Assembly: GCF_006345805.1 (NCBI RefSeq)
Contig: NW_021831846.1
Span: forward strand, 1 to 64,000
Direction of reading: 5' to 3'
Length of the DNA stretch: 64,000 nt
Source: Octopus sinensis
Taxonomy: Eukaryota
The notes below the pieces were generated by a model. The model was not told where the DNA came from. It worked only from the letters and a program-made list of their open reading frames with translations, and did no database searches. The position numbers and the translations under genes were made by a program. Below are positions 49,787-61,510 of the stretch, one piece after another. Every line of letters begins with the position of its first letter. Within the stretch, counting starts at the first letter, position 1.

Positions 49787-51468
49787 TCAGGTTGAGTAAA
49801 AACTAAGAAATATTTTGAATCATAAAGAAATTTGGACCGGATTTTTGCAGAGTTTTGAATTTTTTGAAAGGTTTTTTTTTTTTTCACTTGTCTGATAATA
49901 CGGACATAGACTTGCCCAAATTGATATTTTTCCACCGTTGTTATAATTATCAGAAATGGAATTGCCAAAGCGAAATATTTGAGCAATTTTGATATTCAAT
50001 TTTGATATTCAAGCAGTTGAAACTGCTCGCGATATCAATGAAACATTTGGTAAGGAAATGACCAGTGAGTGGTCAGCTCAAGAATGGTTTAAACGATTTC
50101 GTAGTGGAGACCTGAGCCTTGAAGATAATAAGCAGAGTGGATCTTTTCGGGTTGACCGGCAGTTTTTAACATAATTTCTAGGTAACTAAAAAATTTTAAA
50201 CTTCGAATACTGGTAGAATGTGTTTATAAAACATCTTTTTCTCTTGGCTTTATTGAGAAAATTCTATAGTTTGTAAGATATTTGCTGTTTTTTTTCTTCA
50301 ATTTCTGCAATTTCAACCAATCACTGACGTCCATTGAGGTAAAAAAAACATTCTGTGCCATATGAATATGTCCCTTGTTTAAGAAACAGATTGGGTTTAT
50401 TTACATTTGTGAAGGAAAAAAGATACCCTTCCCCCACCCCTAACTAACCCTAACCCTAAAACAGATTGAAATGCAATAGATCGATACTAGGGTCATAATT
50501 ATGGGTGACAATTTCATATGACACTGCTAGAAAAAACTGCCGTTCAAACCGAAAAGATCCAGCAGAGTGGATGTCCATCTGTCACCAATGATGGTCAATT
50601 AAAGACCGTTGTTGAGAAAGATCCATGTAAAACCACTCATGAACTGGCAAAAGAACTCCAAGTTAGCCAGAAAACTGCCTGCAACCATTTGCATGCAATC
50701 AGAAAATGAAAAAAGCTCAACAAATGAGTACCCCATGATTTGAATGAAAGTGAGAAAATGCACAGATATGAAATTTGCTCCTCGCTTCTTCTCTGTAAGC
50801 AGACCAATCCATTTCTCAACCGTATCGTAACTTGCGATGAAAAGGGTTTTCTGTACAATAATGAAAAAATGTTCTTCGCAGTGGTTGGACCAATATGAAG
50901 TACCAAAAAGCTTCCCTAATGCTGAGCTCTCAAAAAAAAGGTTATGGTGACTGGTGGTGTACAACTGGACTCATCCACTATAACATCTTAAAACCTGGAA
51001 AAAACATTACTGAAGAAACATATTGCCATGAAATTGTCAAAATGAATGAAAAACTGCTACTTCTCCACCCCCAGAGCGGTCAACAGAAGAGGGCCAATCA
51101 TTCTTGAATCACACATTTCACTAACAACACCCAAAGAAGTTGAGGGAACTTGGCTACAAACTTCTTCCCCGCCCAGTTTATTCCCCTGACCTTTCTGCTA
51201 TAGACTACCACTTTTTCAAGCACTTTGATGGTTTCCTGCAAGAGAAAGAGTCCAAAAATCAAACCGATGCCGAATGTGCATTCAAAGAGTTCATCAGCTC
51301 CAGAACTCCAGATTTTTATGTTACCAGAATAAACAAACTTGTAGCTCGTTGGCAAAAATATGTTGATTGTAATGGTACTTACTTTGATGAATAAAATTTC
51401 CCCATTATTGAAATATATTGTGATGAATTTCATGTTTCAAAACGTTGCTTACTTTTTACTCAGCTTGA
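49787..51468 (+). mobile_element. Decayed full-length mariner element interrupted by a MITE
   Basis: TIRs TCAGGTTGAGTAAAAA/TTTTTACTCAGCTTGA with TA flanks; transposase pieces WFKRFRSGDLSLED, RIVTCDEK, YSPDLSAIDYHFF, RWQKYVDCNGTYFDE; about 1.25 kb without the MITE. Confidence 0.92.
50139..50560. mobile_element. Same MITE family in opposite orientation, inserted in the mariner, TSD AGCAGAGT
   Basis: TSD at 50131-50138 and 50561-50568. Confidence 0.9.
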
Positions 51469-52004
51469 TATATATATATATATATATACAAGCAAAAGGC
51501 CCCCACCCCCGTCCAATGGATGGTGCTGAGTTGTCAAACATTTAAACCAAATTTTCTCAAAACGACTTGTCCAACCGTCCCATAGGCCTTCCCTTTGAGA
51601 AATACTGATTTAACCTAAATTTGAGACACCAGCAAAAGAAGAAATAAAGATAGACTTTTTTTCTATTCCAAAGAAAAAGATTTCCCACGTCTTTATCGAT
51701 CACATTCTCAGCTGGAATCGATTTTTGTAATTTTTTCAAGACTTATACACACCCTGATACTGTTAGTATCTACATATCAAATTTGAGCGCAATCAGATGG
51801 AGGATGCCCGAGATCCTAGAAGCCACATACACACACACAGAACAGATTTTATATAATATATATATATATATATATAAGTTCAGCAAAAATTTAGATTCAA
51901 ATGAATATGGTACTTAATTTAGATGCACCAGAATTCTGTATGGTGCTATCCATAAAAATCCGTGGGGTGATTATAATCAAAATAAGCAACAAGAATGACT
52001 CCGG

Positions 52005-52097
52005 TAATTTGGTACGATCGTTTCGAACTACATCATTTTATTAAATGTTGTAAGTATTACAACAGTTTTAAAATGCTGAGCACTCATCAGCCAATTA
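52005..52097 (-). ncRNA. Type I hammerhead ribozyme motif with extended stem II
   Basis: Inverted copy of 53062-53154 with one stem II mismatch (AGUUC vs AGUAC). Confidence 0.8.
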
Positions 52098-53061
52098 TAG
52101 AGGTTTTCCATTAATACAAAAATTTTCATATCAAGTGGCAACATTATAGAGAAGGTAGATATATAGACAAAGATGTGGATTTAAATTTTAAGAACATTTG
52201 AGGTAGTGGAGTCCCTCAACTGACTAACTAAGATTCAGTTGTTCCAGACCGCTGTAAGGTTCTGAGAGGGAAGAACAAATGAAAGGAGACAATAAAGATT
52301 TTCTAATTATAGAAAAGGGGTAAAGGGGATGTCATAGCTCCATATAAGGAATTTATGTAGAAGACAGCATTGTCACAACTAAATGCCAATTACTACTATT
52401 TGATAAACAGATTCAGCGTTAGGAGAACTAGGTCAATGTCAAATGGTCACAATAACATTCACAGAGAATGCAGAGACCTTACAAACCCTATGCATATCAT
52501 CACAACAGTTGGTCTATAAGTTCCAAGTACTTTGACACGTTAGAATAAAGGAAAAAATATAAATCTAAAATTTATTCAAATTTGGAGAAAGAAACTGTCA
52601 CTTATTATGAGTAGGCATAGTACTTATTAACTGGGGGAAAAAGCCTTATTAATCAAGTGAACATATTAGGGGTCAAAATATATACTAAGAAAGATGGAAG
52701 AAGGAAAATCAAAGAAGGAAGATATTCATAGGCTTAGTAGAAGGCGATATTTTATAATATGAAGAGAGATAATTTAGAAGAGTAAATTATTCAGATTTCA
52801 TGGATAGTGAGTTAAAATATAGGATCTATTGGAAATAAAATTTACTACCTGCAGATAAAAGTTAATTAGTTAGGTAAAAATATCTTAGGTTAATTATATA
52901 TTAAGAAATGGGAGTGAGATAATCAAGATGAACCAAATAGTTTCCCTAGGGACATTGGATTAATACTACTTAGTATTGGAGGACATTATAAAAAAGAAGA
53001 ATTTAATTCTAAGTTTGTTGCCACTTGATATGAAAATTTTTGTATTAATGGAAAACCTCTA

Positions 53062-53154
53062 TAATTGGCTGATGAGTGCTCAGCATTTTAAAACTGTTGT
53101 AATACTTACAACATTTAATAAAATGATGTAGTACGAAACGATCGTACCAAATTA
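53062..53154 (+). ncRNA. Type I hammerhead ribozyme motif with canonical G10.1-C11.1 and extended stem II
   Basis: UAAUUGG-CUGAUGA(53069-53075)-GUGCU...UGUUGUAA-UAC-UUACAACA...AGUAC-GAAAC(53135)-GAUC-GUA(53144-53146)-CCAAAUUA. Confidence 0.85.
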
Positions 53155-53182
53155 CCGGAGTCATTCTTGTTGCTTATTTTGA

Positions 53183-53235
<53 letters not shown>

Positions 53236-53249
53236 TATTTATCAAAAGA

Positions 53250-53600
53250 AAAACAGGATGCAAAGGGTTTTGCGGTACATGTGTTTCTGGCTTTATTGAA
53301 CAATTTCTATCAATGCATAATTGATATAACATGTAGGTCAACAGCCTTCTTCAGCCGCGTACAATTACCACACCAAAGACATGTATTACATTATGGCAGG
53401 TTTGAGAAAAAGTTTGGGAAAAAACGTCATATATGGCATAGCGAGACACCAAAACAAAACGTCCATACCGTTTTTCACTCGATAAAGAACGAGGGGTTTG
53501 GATGTTGAGAGAAAGAGGTGGAAGGGGGTGAATCTTTAATGAAGTTGGGATCATAAAGAGGAAAAAGTATATGTATAAATTTAACCTTTTAGTGTTCACG
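53250..53600 (-). mobile_element. Penelope-like remnant homologous to 2330-2600
   Basis: Shared hammerhead plus GACATGTxTTACAT, GCGTCCAT/ACGTCCAT and TTTGGATGTTGA blocks. Confidence 0.55.
53272..53358 (-). ncRNA. Type I hammerhead ribozyme motif (same family as 2494-2571)
   Basis: Minus strand GCGG-CUGAAGA-A-GGC...GCC-A-GAAAC-ACAU-GUA-CCGC. Confidence 0.75.
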
Positions 53601-54019
53601 TTATTCTGCCAAAATTAATGCTTTTTTTTATCCACATTGTGTTGAACTAATCATGCATTATCTTGTAGCTATGAGATTTTGATGAGGTAGCTGTTAATTT
53701 TAAAATGATATTGTAGGGCTGGTGTGAGAGACCAGAGCTGACCAGTTTGACCATAAAACAGGCAGAATACTTTTGGCTGGATATGGCCGGTTTAAATGCT
53801 AAAGGGTTAAACATGATTATACAGGATAATAGTAAGTGCAAAATGTAATAAAAGAGTAAAGATGTAAATGAATAAGTATATAAAGATCCAAAGGATGTCA
53901 TGTATATGGTCATAAATTCTAGAAATGTATTGTGACAGCATAGAGGGTATGAGACCTAAAGGGTAAGGAGTAAAATGCAAAGTAAAAAATAACAGGGAAA
54001 TAAAAATAAAGATAAAGAA

Positions 54020-54181
54020 GCAGGAGTGGCTGTGTGGTAAGTAGCTTGTTTACCAACCACATGGTTCCGGGTTCAGTCCCACTGCGTGGCACCTTGGACA
54101 AGTGTCTTCTACTATAGCCTCGGGCCGACCAAAGTCTTGTGAGTGGATTTGGTAGACGGAAACTGAAAGAAGCCCGTCGTA

Positions 54182-54219
<38 letters not shown>

Positions 54220-54443
54220 TGTGTGTGTTTGTGTGTCTGTGTTTGTCCCCCCTAGCATTGCTTGACAACCGATGCTGGTGTGTTTATGTCCCCGTCACTT
54301 AGCGGTTCGGCAAAAGAGATCGATAGAATAAGTACTGGGCTTAGAAAAGAATAAGTCCCGGGGTCGAGTTGCTTGATTAAAGGCGGTGCTCCAGCATGGC
54401 CGCAGTCAAATGACTGAAACAAGTAAAAGAGAATAAAAGAGTA
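54020..54443 (+). mobile_element. SINE family A
   Basis: Full length. Confidence 0.8.
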
Positions 54444-54592
54444 AGCGAAAAAATAAAGACGAAAAATAAAAAGATAAAAGGATAAAGGATAAAAAAATGA
54501 AGAAGTGGACATAAAGGTAAAGTGAGATAAGAATAAAGAGACACAGAAAAATACAAGGCAGATAGAGATGATGGGTTAGGATGGTGAGTGTC

Positions 54593-54650
<58 letters not shown>

Positions 54651-54664
54651 ATATATATATATAT

Positions 54665-55399
54665 AGCAATAATAATTCTCTAAATGAGATATAGACAGTA
54701 ACTGCTCCATAACATAAGGGACTAAAGCCATCTGAATATGGCTAGGGACAGGGCAGGGTGGTGGGGGTGTTACTGTTGCATTTAGCCCCAGGCGAACATC
54801 AACGTCGCCAGATAGGCTTGACACCATCACGGCGTCCTCTATCCTGCAAAGGGAGATAATTCCCCGATGAAGCGGAAACCACACACGGACCTAGGTTTCA
54901 AGGTGTTTGCCTATTATCAACGGGTGGTAGGCACCGCTTCCTCAACAAAAAACTCACTCTACAGGATATTTATATATAGATTTTCAAGCAAAATACATTT
55001 GCTGATTTCGAAAATCTGTTTGACAGCAATAATAATTCTCTAAATGAGATATAGACAGTAACTGCTCCATAACATAAGGGACTAAAGCCATCTGAATATG
55101 GCTAGGGACAGGGCAGGGTGGTGGGGGTGTTACTGTTGCATTTAGCCCCAGGCGAACATCAACGTCGTCGAGGAAGCGGTGCCTACCACACGTTGATAAT
55201 AGGCAAACACCTTGAAACCTAGGTCCGTGTGTGGTTTCCGCTTCATCGGGGAATTATCTCCCTTTGCAGGATAGAGGACGCCGTGATGGTGTCAAGCCTA
55301 TCTGGCGACGTTGATGTTCGCCTGGGGCTAAATGCAACAGTAACACCCCCACCACCCTGCCCTGTCCCTAGCCATATTCAGATGGCTTTAGTCCCTTAT
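54665..55399. repeat. (TA)n-flanked direct-plus-inverted duplication
   Basis: 54665-54807 = 55025-55167 (direct, offset 360); 55170-55399 is the reverse complement of 54714-54943; identical ORF starts at 54591..54884(-) and 55229..55432(+). Confidence 0.9.
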
Positions 55400-55503
55400 A
55401 TATATATATATATATTAGAAGAAATGAGGTGAACAGAAGATCGGATGGTTTATATTTACAGATCTTTATTTATATATTACATTTTTTACATATATATCAT
55501 ATC

Positions 55504-55748
55504 GTGGAGGCGCGTGGCTTAGTGGTTAGGGTGTTGAACTCATGATCGTAAGGTTGTGGTTTCGATTCCTGGACCGGGCGATGCATTGTGTTCTTGAGCA
55601 AAACACTTAATTTTCACGTTGCTCCAGTCCACTCAGCTGGCAAAAATGAGTATTTCTGCGACGGACCGGCGTCCCGTCCAGGTGGGGAATTTCAAAGCCA
55701 TTGAAACCGGGAAACCGGCCCTTATGAGCCTGACATGGCTCGAGAAAG
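55504..55748 (+). mobile_element. SINE family B-related
   Basis: A and B boxes; body matches 58061-58268(-) and 27860-28010(-). Confidence 0.68.
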
Positions 55749-55817
55749 AGCATATATCATATCACTTAGATCATTAGTGCTATCACTTTCACTTAGCGCT
55801 ATCACTTAGATCATTAG

Positions 55818-55861
<44 letters not shown>

Positions 55862-56326
55862 TATATAGGGGTGGGGCAAAATTAGTAACCAAGATAAAAT
55901 GTGCAATATTCTAATTTCTTGCTATTTCCTCCCTACCTGTTTAAATTCGTTACACTACAAGCTTTACATCATTTTGTATTGTTGCCTCATTTTTAGGGGT
56001 AAAAATTAGCCAGCATAGTTGTAGTTGTTGTTGAAGATGGGATACTTTGAAACAGTCAGGTAACAAGTAGTTTGGTTTTTTTTTCAAGAAATTTTTCTTC
56101 AACTTTGACTGGATTGTAATTGAAGTTGCTTATAAAATATTTGAATAATTTTTGATGTTTAACAATCAATATTCTTTTCTCCATTGGATTCCAGGTCAGA
56201 TTTTTTCTTTCCACACTTATGTCTAATTTGACCATTTTCAATTTTCAAAAAAATGATGTCTGTGATGGGGTAAAATGAGCTCTGACTTATGAGTGGATTT
56301 GGTAGATGGAAAGTGAAAGAAGCTGG

Positions 56327-56375
<49 letters not shown>

Positions 56376-56752
56376 TCTTTATATATAAAAGAGAAGTTGT
56401 GTGTCTGTCTCCTACGATTTAGATTCCTAACTACTCCCACATTTTGCGGTGCAGTTTAACCAAAACCGGGTATCTTATAGTCGTGATTCATATTGATGAA
56501 TCTACAATGAGTCTACGATTTAAAAAAAATTTACCATCATTTTTTTCCATTTTAATGCATCTTTTCGCTATTATATAAGGGAAGTAACTCTCTAAAAATG
56601 TCTACGATGAGTCAACGATTTAAAAAAAAATTTACCATAATTTTTTCCCCATTTTTAATGCATTTTTTTGCTATTTTTTGGCTATAACTCTCTAAAAATG
56701 CTTTATAGTTATTTCCCTTACAAATCCGAGCAACGCCGGGCGATACTGCTAG
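56376..56752 (+). mobile_element. Non-autonomous Helitron (same family)
   Basis: A|TC...hairpin CTAG|T. Confidence 0.72.
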
Positions 56753-57089
56753 TTAATAATAAAAGTTTATTTGTATTATTTTATTTATGCAGTTTGGTAG
56801 AAAAGCTGATTTATTCCTGATCTGTGTGTGGAGGGTATAGAGGACGTGGATCTTACAAAGAATAAGTCCTGGGGTCGATTTGCTCGACTAAAGGCGGTGC
56901 TCCAGCATGGCCTCAGTCAAATGACTGAAACAAGTAAAAGAGTAATAATCCAAGTCAGTGAAATTGTTTAACTGAAAGAAAAAAAATGGTGCCTGGAATG
57001 AGAATATCTTGTTGGACTCCTGACTGAGTTAGCTCCCTTCATTCAAAAAAAACCGCTTTCGTTCCATTTTTTTTTTTTTCCCTCCACAA

Positions 57090-57500
57090 TACTCTTTACT
57101 CTTTTACTTGTTTCAGTGATTTGACTGTGGCCATGCTGGAGCACCGCCTTTAGTCTAGCAAATCGACCCCGGGACTTATTCTTTGTAAGCCCAGTACTTA
57201 TTCTATCGGTCTCTCTTTTGCCGAACCGCTAAGTGACGGGGACGTAAACACACCAGCATCGGTTGTCAAGCAATGCTAGAGGGACAAACACAGACACACA
57301 AACATATACATACACATACATATATATACATATATACGACAGGCTTCTTTCAGTTTCCGTCTACTAAATCCACTCACAAGGCATTGGTCGGCCCGAGGCT
57401 GTAGCAGAAGACACTTGCCCAAGATGCCACGCAGTGGGACTGAACCCAGAACCATGTGGTTGGTAGGCAAGCTACTTACCACACAGCCACTCCTGCGCCT
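57090..57500 (-). mobile_element. SINE family A
   Basis: Full length. Confidence 0.8.
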
Positions 57501-57706
57501 ATGTCAATAAAATTTATAGAAGTAAGGGCAGAAAGCTGGCAGAATCATTAGCACACCGGGCAAAATGATTAGCAGAATTTCAATCCATTTCATTACTTTC
57601 TCAGTTCAAATTCTGTTGAGGTCAACTTTGCTTTTCATCCTTTCAGGATTGATAAAATAAGTACCAGTTGAGAACTGGGGTCGATGTAATCGACTCACAT
57701 CATCAT

Positions 57707-57855
57707 CATCATTGTTCGACCATGGTCGAGACAATGGAATTTACCATGCTACGCCAGACTTCACGGTCCATCATGGCATTACGGAGGTCCTGTTGCTGGA
57801 TGCCTGTATCCCTGGAGATTACATCAGGGTAGGAGAGTGTGTGCCCTCTGGCATC
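57707..57855 (-). mobile_element. RTE-type LINE short 3' fragment (same family)
   Basis: Nucleotide match to 15680-15835. Confidence 0.75.
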
Positions 57856-58470
57856 GACTCACCCTCACCTCCAATATAGCCAGCTTTATTGCTACAAAAC
57901 CAATAAAAATGGAAACAGAAATAAAAGAATGCCTTACTTGTCTTTCTGTTACTCAGTTACTGTTACACTATTAGAAACCAGCACTATTCCAACCAGAATT
58001 ACTCTGTAGTCCTCACCTGTACAATTAATCTCACCTGTGTTTCCTTCTCAAGACACACCTGGCTCATAAGGGCCGGTTTCCCAGTTTCCTTGGTGTATAG
58101 GTTCCCCACCTGGACGGGATGCCGGTCCATCGCAGGTGAGCTGCAAGATGCAGGGGGAAAGAGTGAGAGAAAGATGTTTCGCTCATAAACACACACATCG
58201 CCCGGTCTGAGATTCGAACCCGCGATCCCTCGACCGCGAGTCTTTTGCTCTAACCACTAGGCCATGTGCCCCCATATGTGTACATCAAATGATATTGTTA
58301 GTACCTGCTCTATCCACCATTAACACTTGAACTGTGAAATTAAATTTCATATTTCTTTTTTTTTTTTTTTCAGTAATGATATTAAATATCTACCAAATAA
58401 TAGAACTGGTATTTTTTGCAAGTTGCCTCACTAAACCTGACAAATCCCAACAGAGAAAAAAATCTTTTAA

Positions 58471-58691
58471 TCCTTTAGCATTCACATTATTCTGTCAAAT
58501 GTAATGTTTATTTATTCACATTATTTTGAACTAATCTTGCATTGTCTTGTAGCTTTGAGACTTTGATGAAGCAACTGTTAATTTCTTAGAACGACATTGC
58601 AGGGTTGGTGTGAGAAACCAGATCTAGCCAGTTTGAACATAAACCAGGTAGAATATTTGAGCCAGATATGACTGGTTTAAATTCTAAAGGG
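58471..58691. mobile_element. Second TTAA-type MITE family (fragments also near 11140, 21780, 26770, 36590, 53640)
   Basis: TTAA|TCCTTTAGCATT...AATTCTAAAGGG termini; multiple dispersed relatives. Confidence 0.55.
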
Positions 58692-59249
58692 TTGAACATG
58701 ATATTCTACAACAGAAGTTAGGTTGGTTTATAAAACTGCTCTCTGCAGTTAAGGGTAATGAAATTTTGAGTGGATATATCTGATTTCCACATTAAAAAGG
58801 TTAATCAACGATTGAGGCCCTTGAATATCCCTGTTGCTCATTTTCAGCTGCTCTACAGTAATACAAAATAAAGAGCTTTGCTCAAGGACACTATAGTCTG
58901 CTCAGTTTGAGAATCAAACCATTGTCCTTACAGCCAGGAGTCCAATATAACCACAGGGCAAGACACATTCACATCTGTACATGTCAACATCATCATCACC
59001 ACCATTAGCATCCAGTTTTCTATGCTCACTAGAATAGGATAGAATTTGTGGAGGCAGATTTTCTACAGCTTGATGCCCTTCCTGTTGCCAACCCTCACTT
59101 GTTTCCAAGCAAGGTGGAGGAAGAGGAAGTGATTAGACTATAAGCTTATTATTACATATTTCCAGTGGTTGGCATATTTGGAAGGGAATCCAGTTGTAAA
59201 AACCACGACAAAACTAATCTTGTCTGTGCTGGTGCCACGTAAAAAATAA

Positions 59250-59747
59250 CCATAAATCCTTGAATATAGTCCACCCTTGCGTATAACACGCAGGGGATTT
59301 TTAGGGGCTGTACCTCTGAAAAACCTAAACCTTGTGTATAATACGCACCCCTTCTCTAACTTGAGTTGTGCGTAATTAAGCCAGCAGCACCTAGTCGATC
59401 AAACACTTCCGCACAAGCATGACACAATAATGGCAATGTAAATATGTTTGCAAATTGTTTTTGTTACATGTTATTCTGTGTTCTGAATACTTTTATTTTA
59501 ATAAATGTTGCTTACTGCAAGTTATGGATGATTCTTTTATGACTTCATTGCTTTCAGGCTTAGCTTAAGGTATTTTCGTGCCCGACATCACAAAATGCAT
59601 CTGAATAGACATTGCCGGACAGCAAATAGAGACTTGGACATTGCTTAGAAAATATTTTTCCTTTTAAACCTCGTATATAGTACGCAGTAGGGATTTTGAC
59701 CTTTAAATTTTAGGGAAAAAATGCGGATTATACTCGAGGATTTACGG
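59250..59747. mobile_element. Tc1/mariner-superfamily (Tc2-like) non-autonomous element
   Basis: Imperfect TIRs CCATAAATCCTTGAATATAGTCC/GGATTATACTCGAGGATTTACGG followed by TA. Confidence 0.5.
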
Positions 59748-61189
59748 TATTCAGACCACTCTGCAGGATGGCTGGTGTTAAGAAAGGCATCCAGCAGTAA
59801 CAGCCATGACAAAACAGCTACAGTAGCCTGGTTAGCTGCTGTCAAACCGTTCAACCCCTGCCAGTGTGGAAGGCAGACATTAAACAATGATGACGATGAT
59901 GATGATTATGGCATGTATGACATAACATTGTATGAATTGCATATCATTGTATAAGATATAGAATAAAAACATGATCTGTTTGCAGAAACGGTTGTAATGT
60001 CAACTTGACTTTCCTTTTCTTCATTTATAATAATAATAATAATAATAATAATGAAATTATTGTATACAGTGCTCAGGTGCACCACAACTTGTCAGAAAGT
60101 GCATATAAAGTACATGCAGTAATGTAGAAATGTCTGGAAAGCGAACAATGTATGAGTCAGATACATGCTTGTGTGTGTATGGAGGGGAGAAAATCAGGTG
60201 TAGTGTTGGCGAATCTCAGAAAGCATGGAAGTTTTGAAGGATGCAGTACTCCGACAACTAACAACCAATGCCGGCAGTTTGTTCTATGCTTCAGCAACTC
60301 TCAGCGTGAAAAAATTTAGATTATTATTTTTATTGTTCCCTCTGCAGCACTTAATAAACCTACTGAATCTTACCTTGGAGTTGTGTAGTGCTCCCTGTAA
60401 TATCAGTTGATGCCTTACAGATCTCCTTCTGATTTAGAAGGAGATCTGTATGCTAGCCAGGACCCTGCATGATGTGTTAATGAGGTGATAGCCAAGATTA
60501 CAATTATGCCCTCTATCTATCTATATATGATTGACTCCTTCCAGTTTCCATCTACCAATTTCAGTCACAAAGCTTTGGTTAGCACAAGGCTATAGTAGAA
60601 GACACTTGCCCAAGGTACAAGTATTCAAAACATGGATATTAAAGCTAATCATACAGCGAAAAGAAAGGTTGACTTTGAAGGCAAAGCTGTGTGAAAGATC
60701 AGCTTTTGTAGACTAACCAGTCCTTTCTTTATAAAGACAGGCACAGAGATGGCTGTGGTTGGGAAGCTTGCTTCCCAACCATGTGATCTTAGGTTCAGTC
60801 CCAGTACATAGCACCTCGGATGTCTTCTACTATCGCCCCAGGGCAACCAAAGCCTTGTGAATGGATTTTATAGAAGAATGGTAACTGACCGAAGCCTGGC
60901 TTTAATACCTAAGTCCAAGATAGTCCTATGGCCTGTCAGTCCCTTCCTTCTGTTTTTTTTTGGGGGGGGGGGGCAGGTCCATCATCGTTCGGCCGTTTGC
61001 CAGGCCTGTCCCAACTTCACCTTGTTATTTATTTTCACTCACTCGTCTGGTCTCGGAATCGAAACCCCAATCTTACAATCATGAGTTCAATACCCTAACC
61101 ACTAACCATGTGCCTCCACACACTCACCTACCCACATAGGTGTGTCTCTGTGTTTGTGTAATTGAGTTTTAGGTTTGTGCAGTTTACTA

Positions 61190-61269
61190 GTGTCTTCTAC
61201 TATAGCCTCGCGCCAACCAATGCCTTGTGAGTGGATTTGGTAGACGGAAACTAAAAGAAGCCTGTCGTA

Positions 61270-61312
<43 letters not shown>

Positions 61313-61510
61313 CTGTGTTAGTCCCCCTAGCATTGCTTGACAACTGATGCTGGTGTGTTTACGTCCCCGTTACTTAGCGGTTCGGCAAAAGAGACCGATA
61401 GAATAAGTACTGGGCTTACAAAGAATAAGTCCCAGGGTCGAGTTGCTCGACTAAAGGCGATGCTCCAGCATGGCCGCAGTCAAATGACTGAAACAAGTAA
61501 AAGAGTAAAG
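61190..61510 (+). mobile_element. SINE family A, 5'-truncated
   Basis: Body and tail match. Confidence 0.75.

Larger units (their letters stand above)
51877..53183. mobile_element. (TA)n-flanked element with 167-bp inverted hammerhead-bearing repeats (51977-52143/53016-53182), Penelope-like
   Basis: Arms are reverse complements with a constant coordinate sum of 105159; TA tracts at both ends; 872-bp spacer without a recognisable ORF. Confidence 0.7.

Noticed and set aside
49989-51394. Functional mariner transposase or SETMAR-like gene
   Set aside because: Multiple stops and frameshifts plus a MITE insertion; no SET domain exons.
52144-53015. Penelope RT or GIY-YIG coding sequence in the spacer
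   Set aside because: No ORF of 60 aa or more in the track and no motif recognised by eye; the Penelope call remains an inference.
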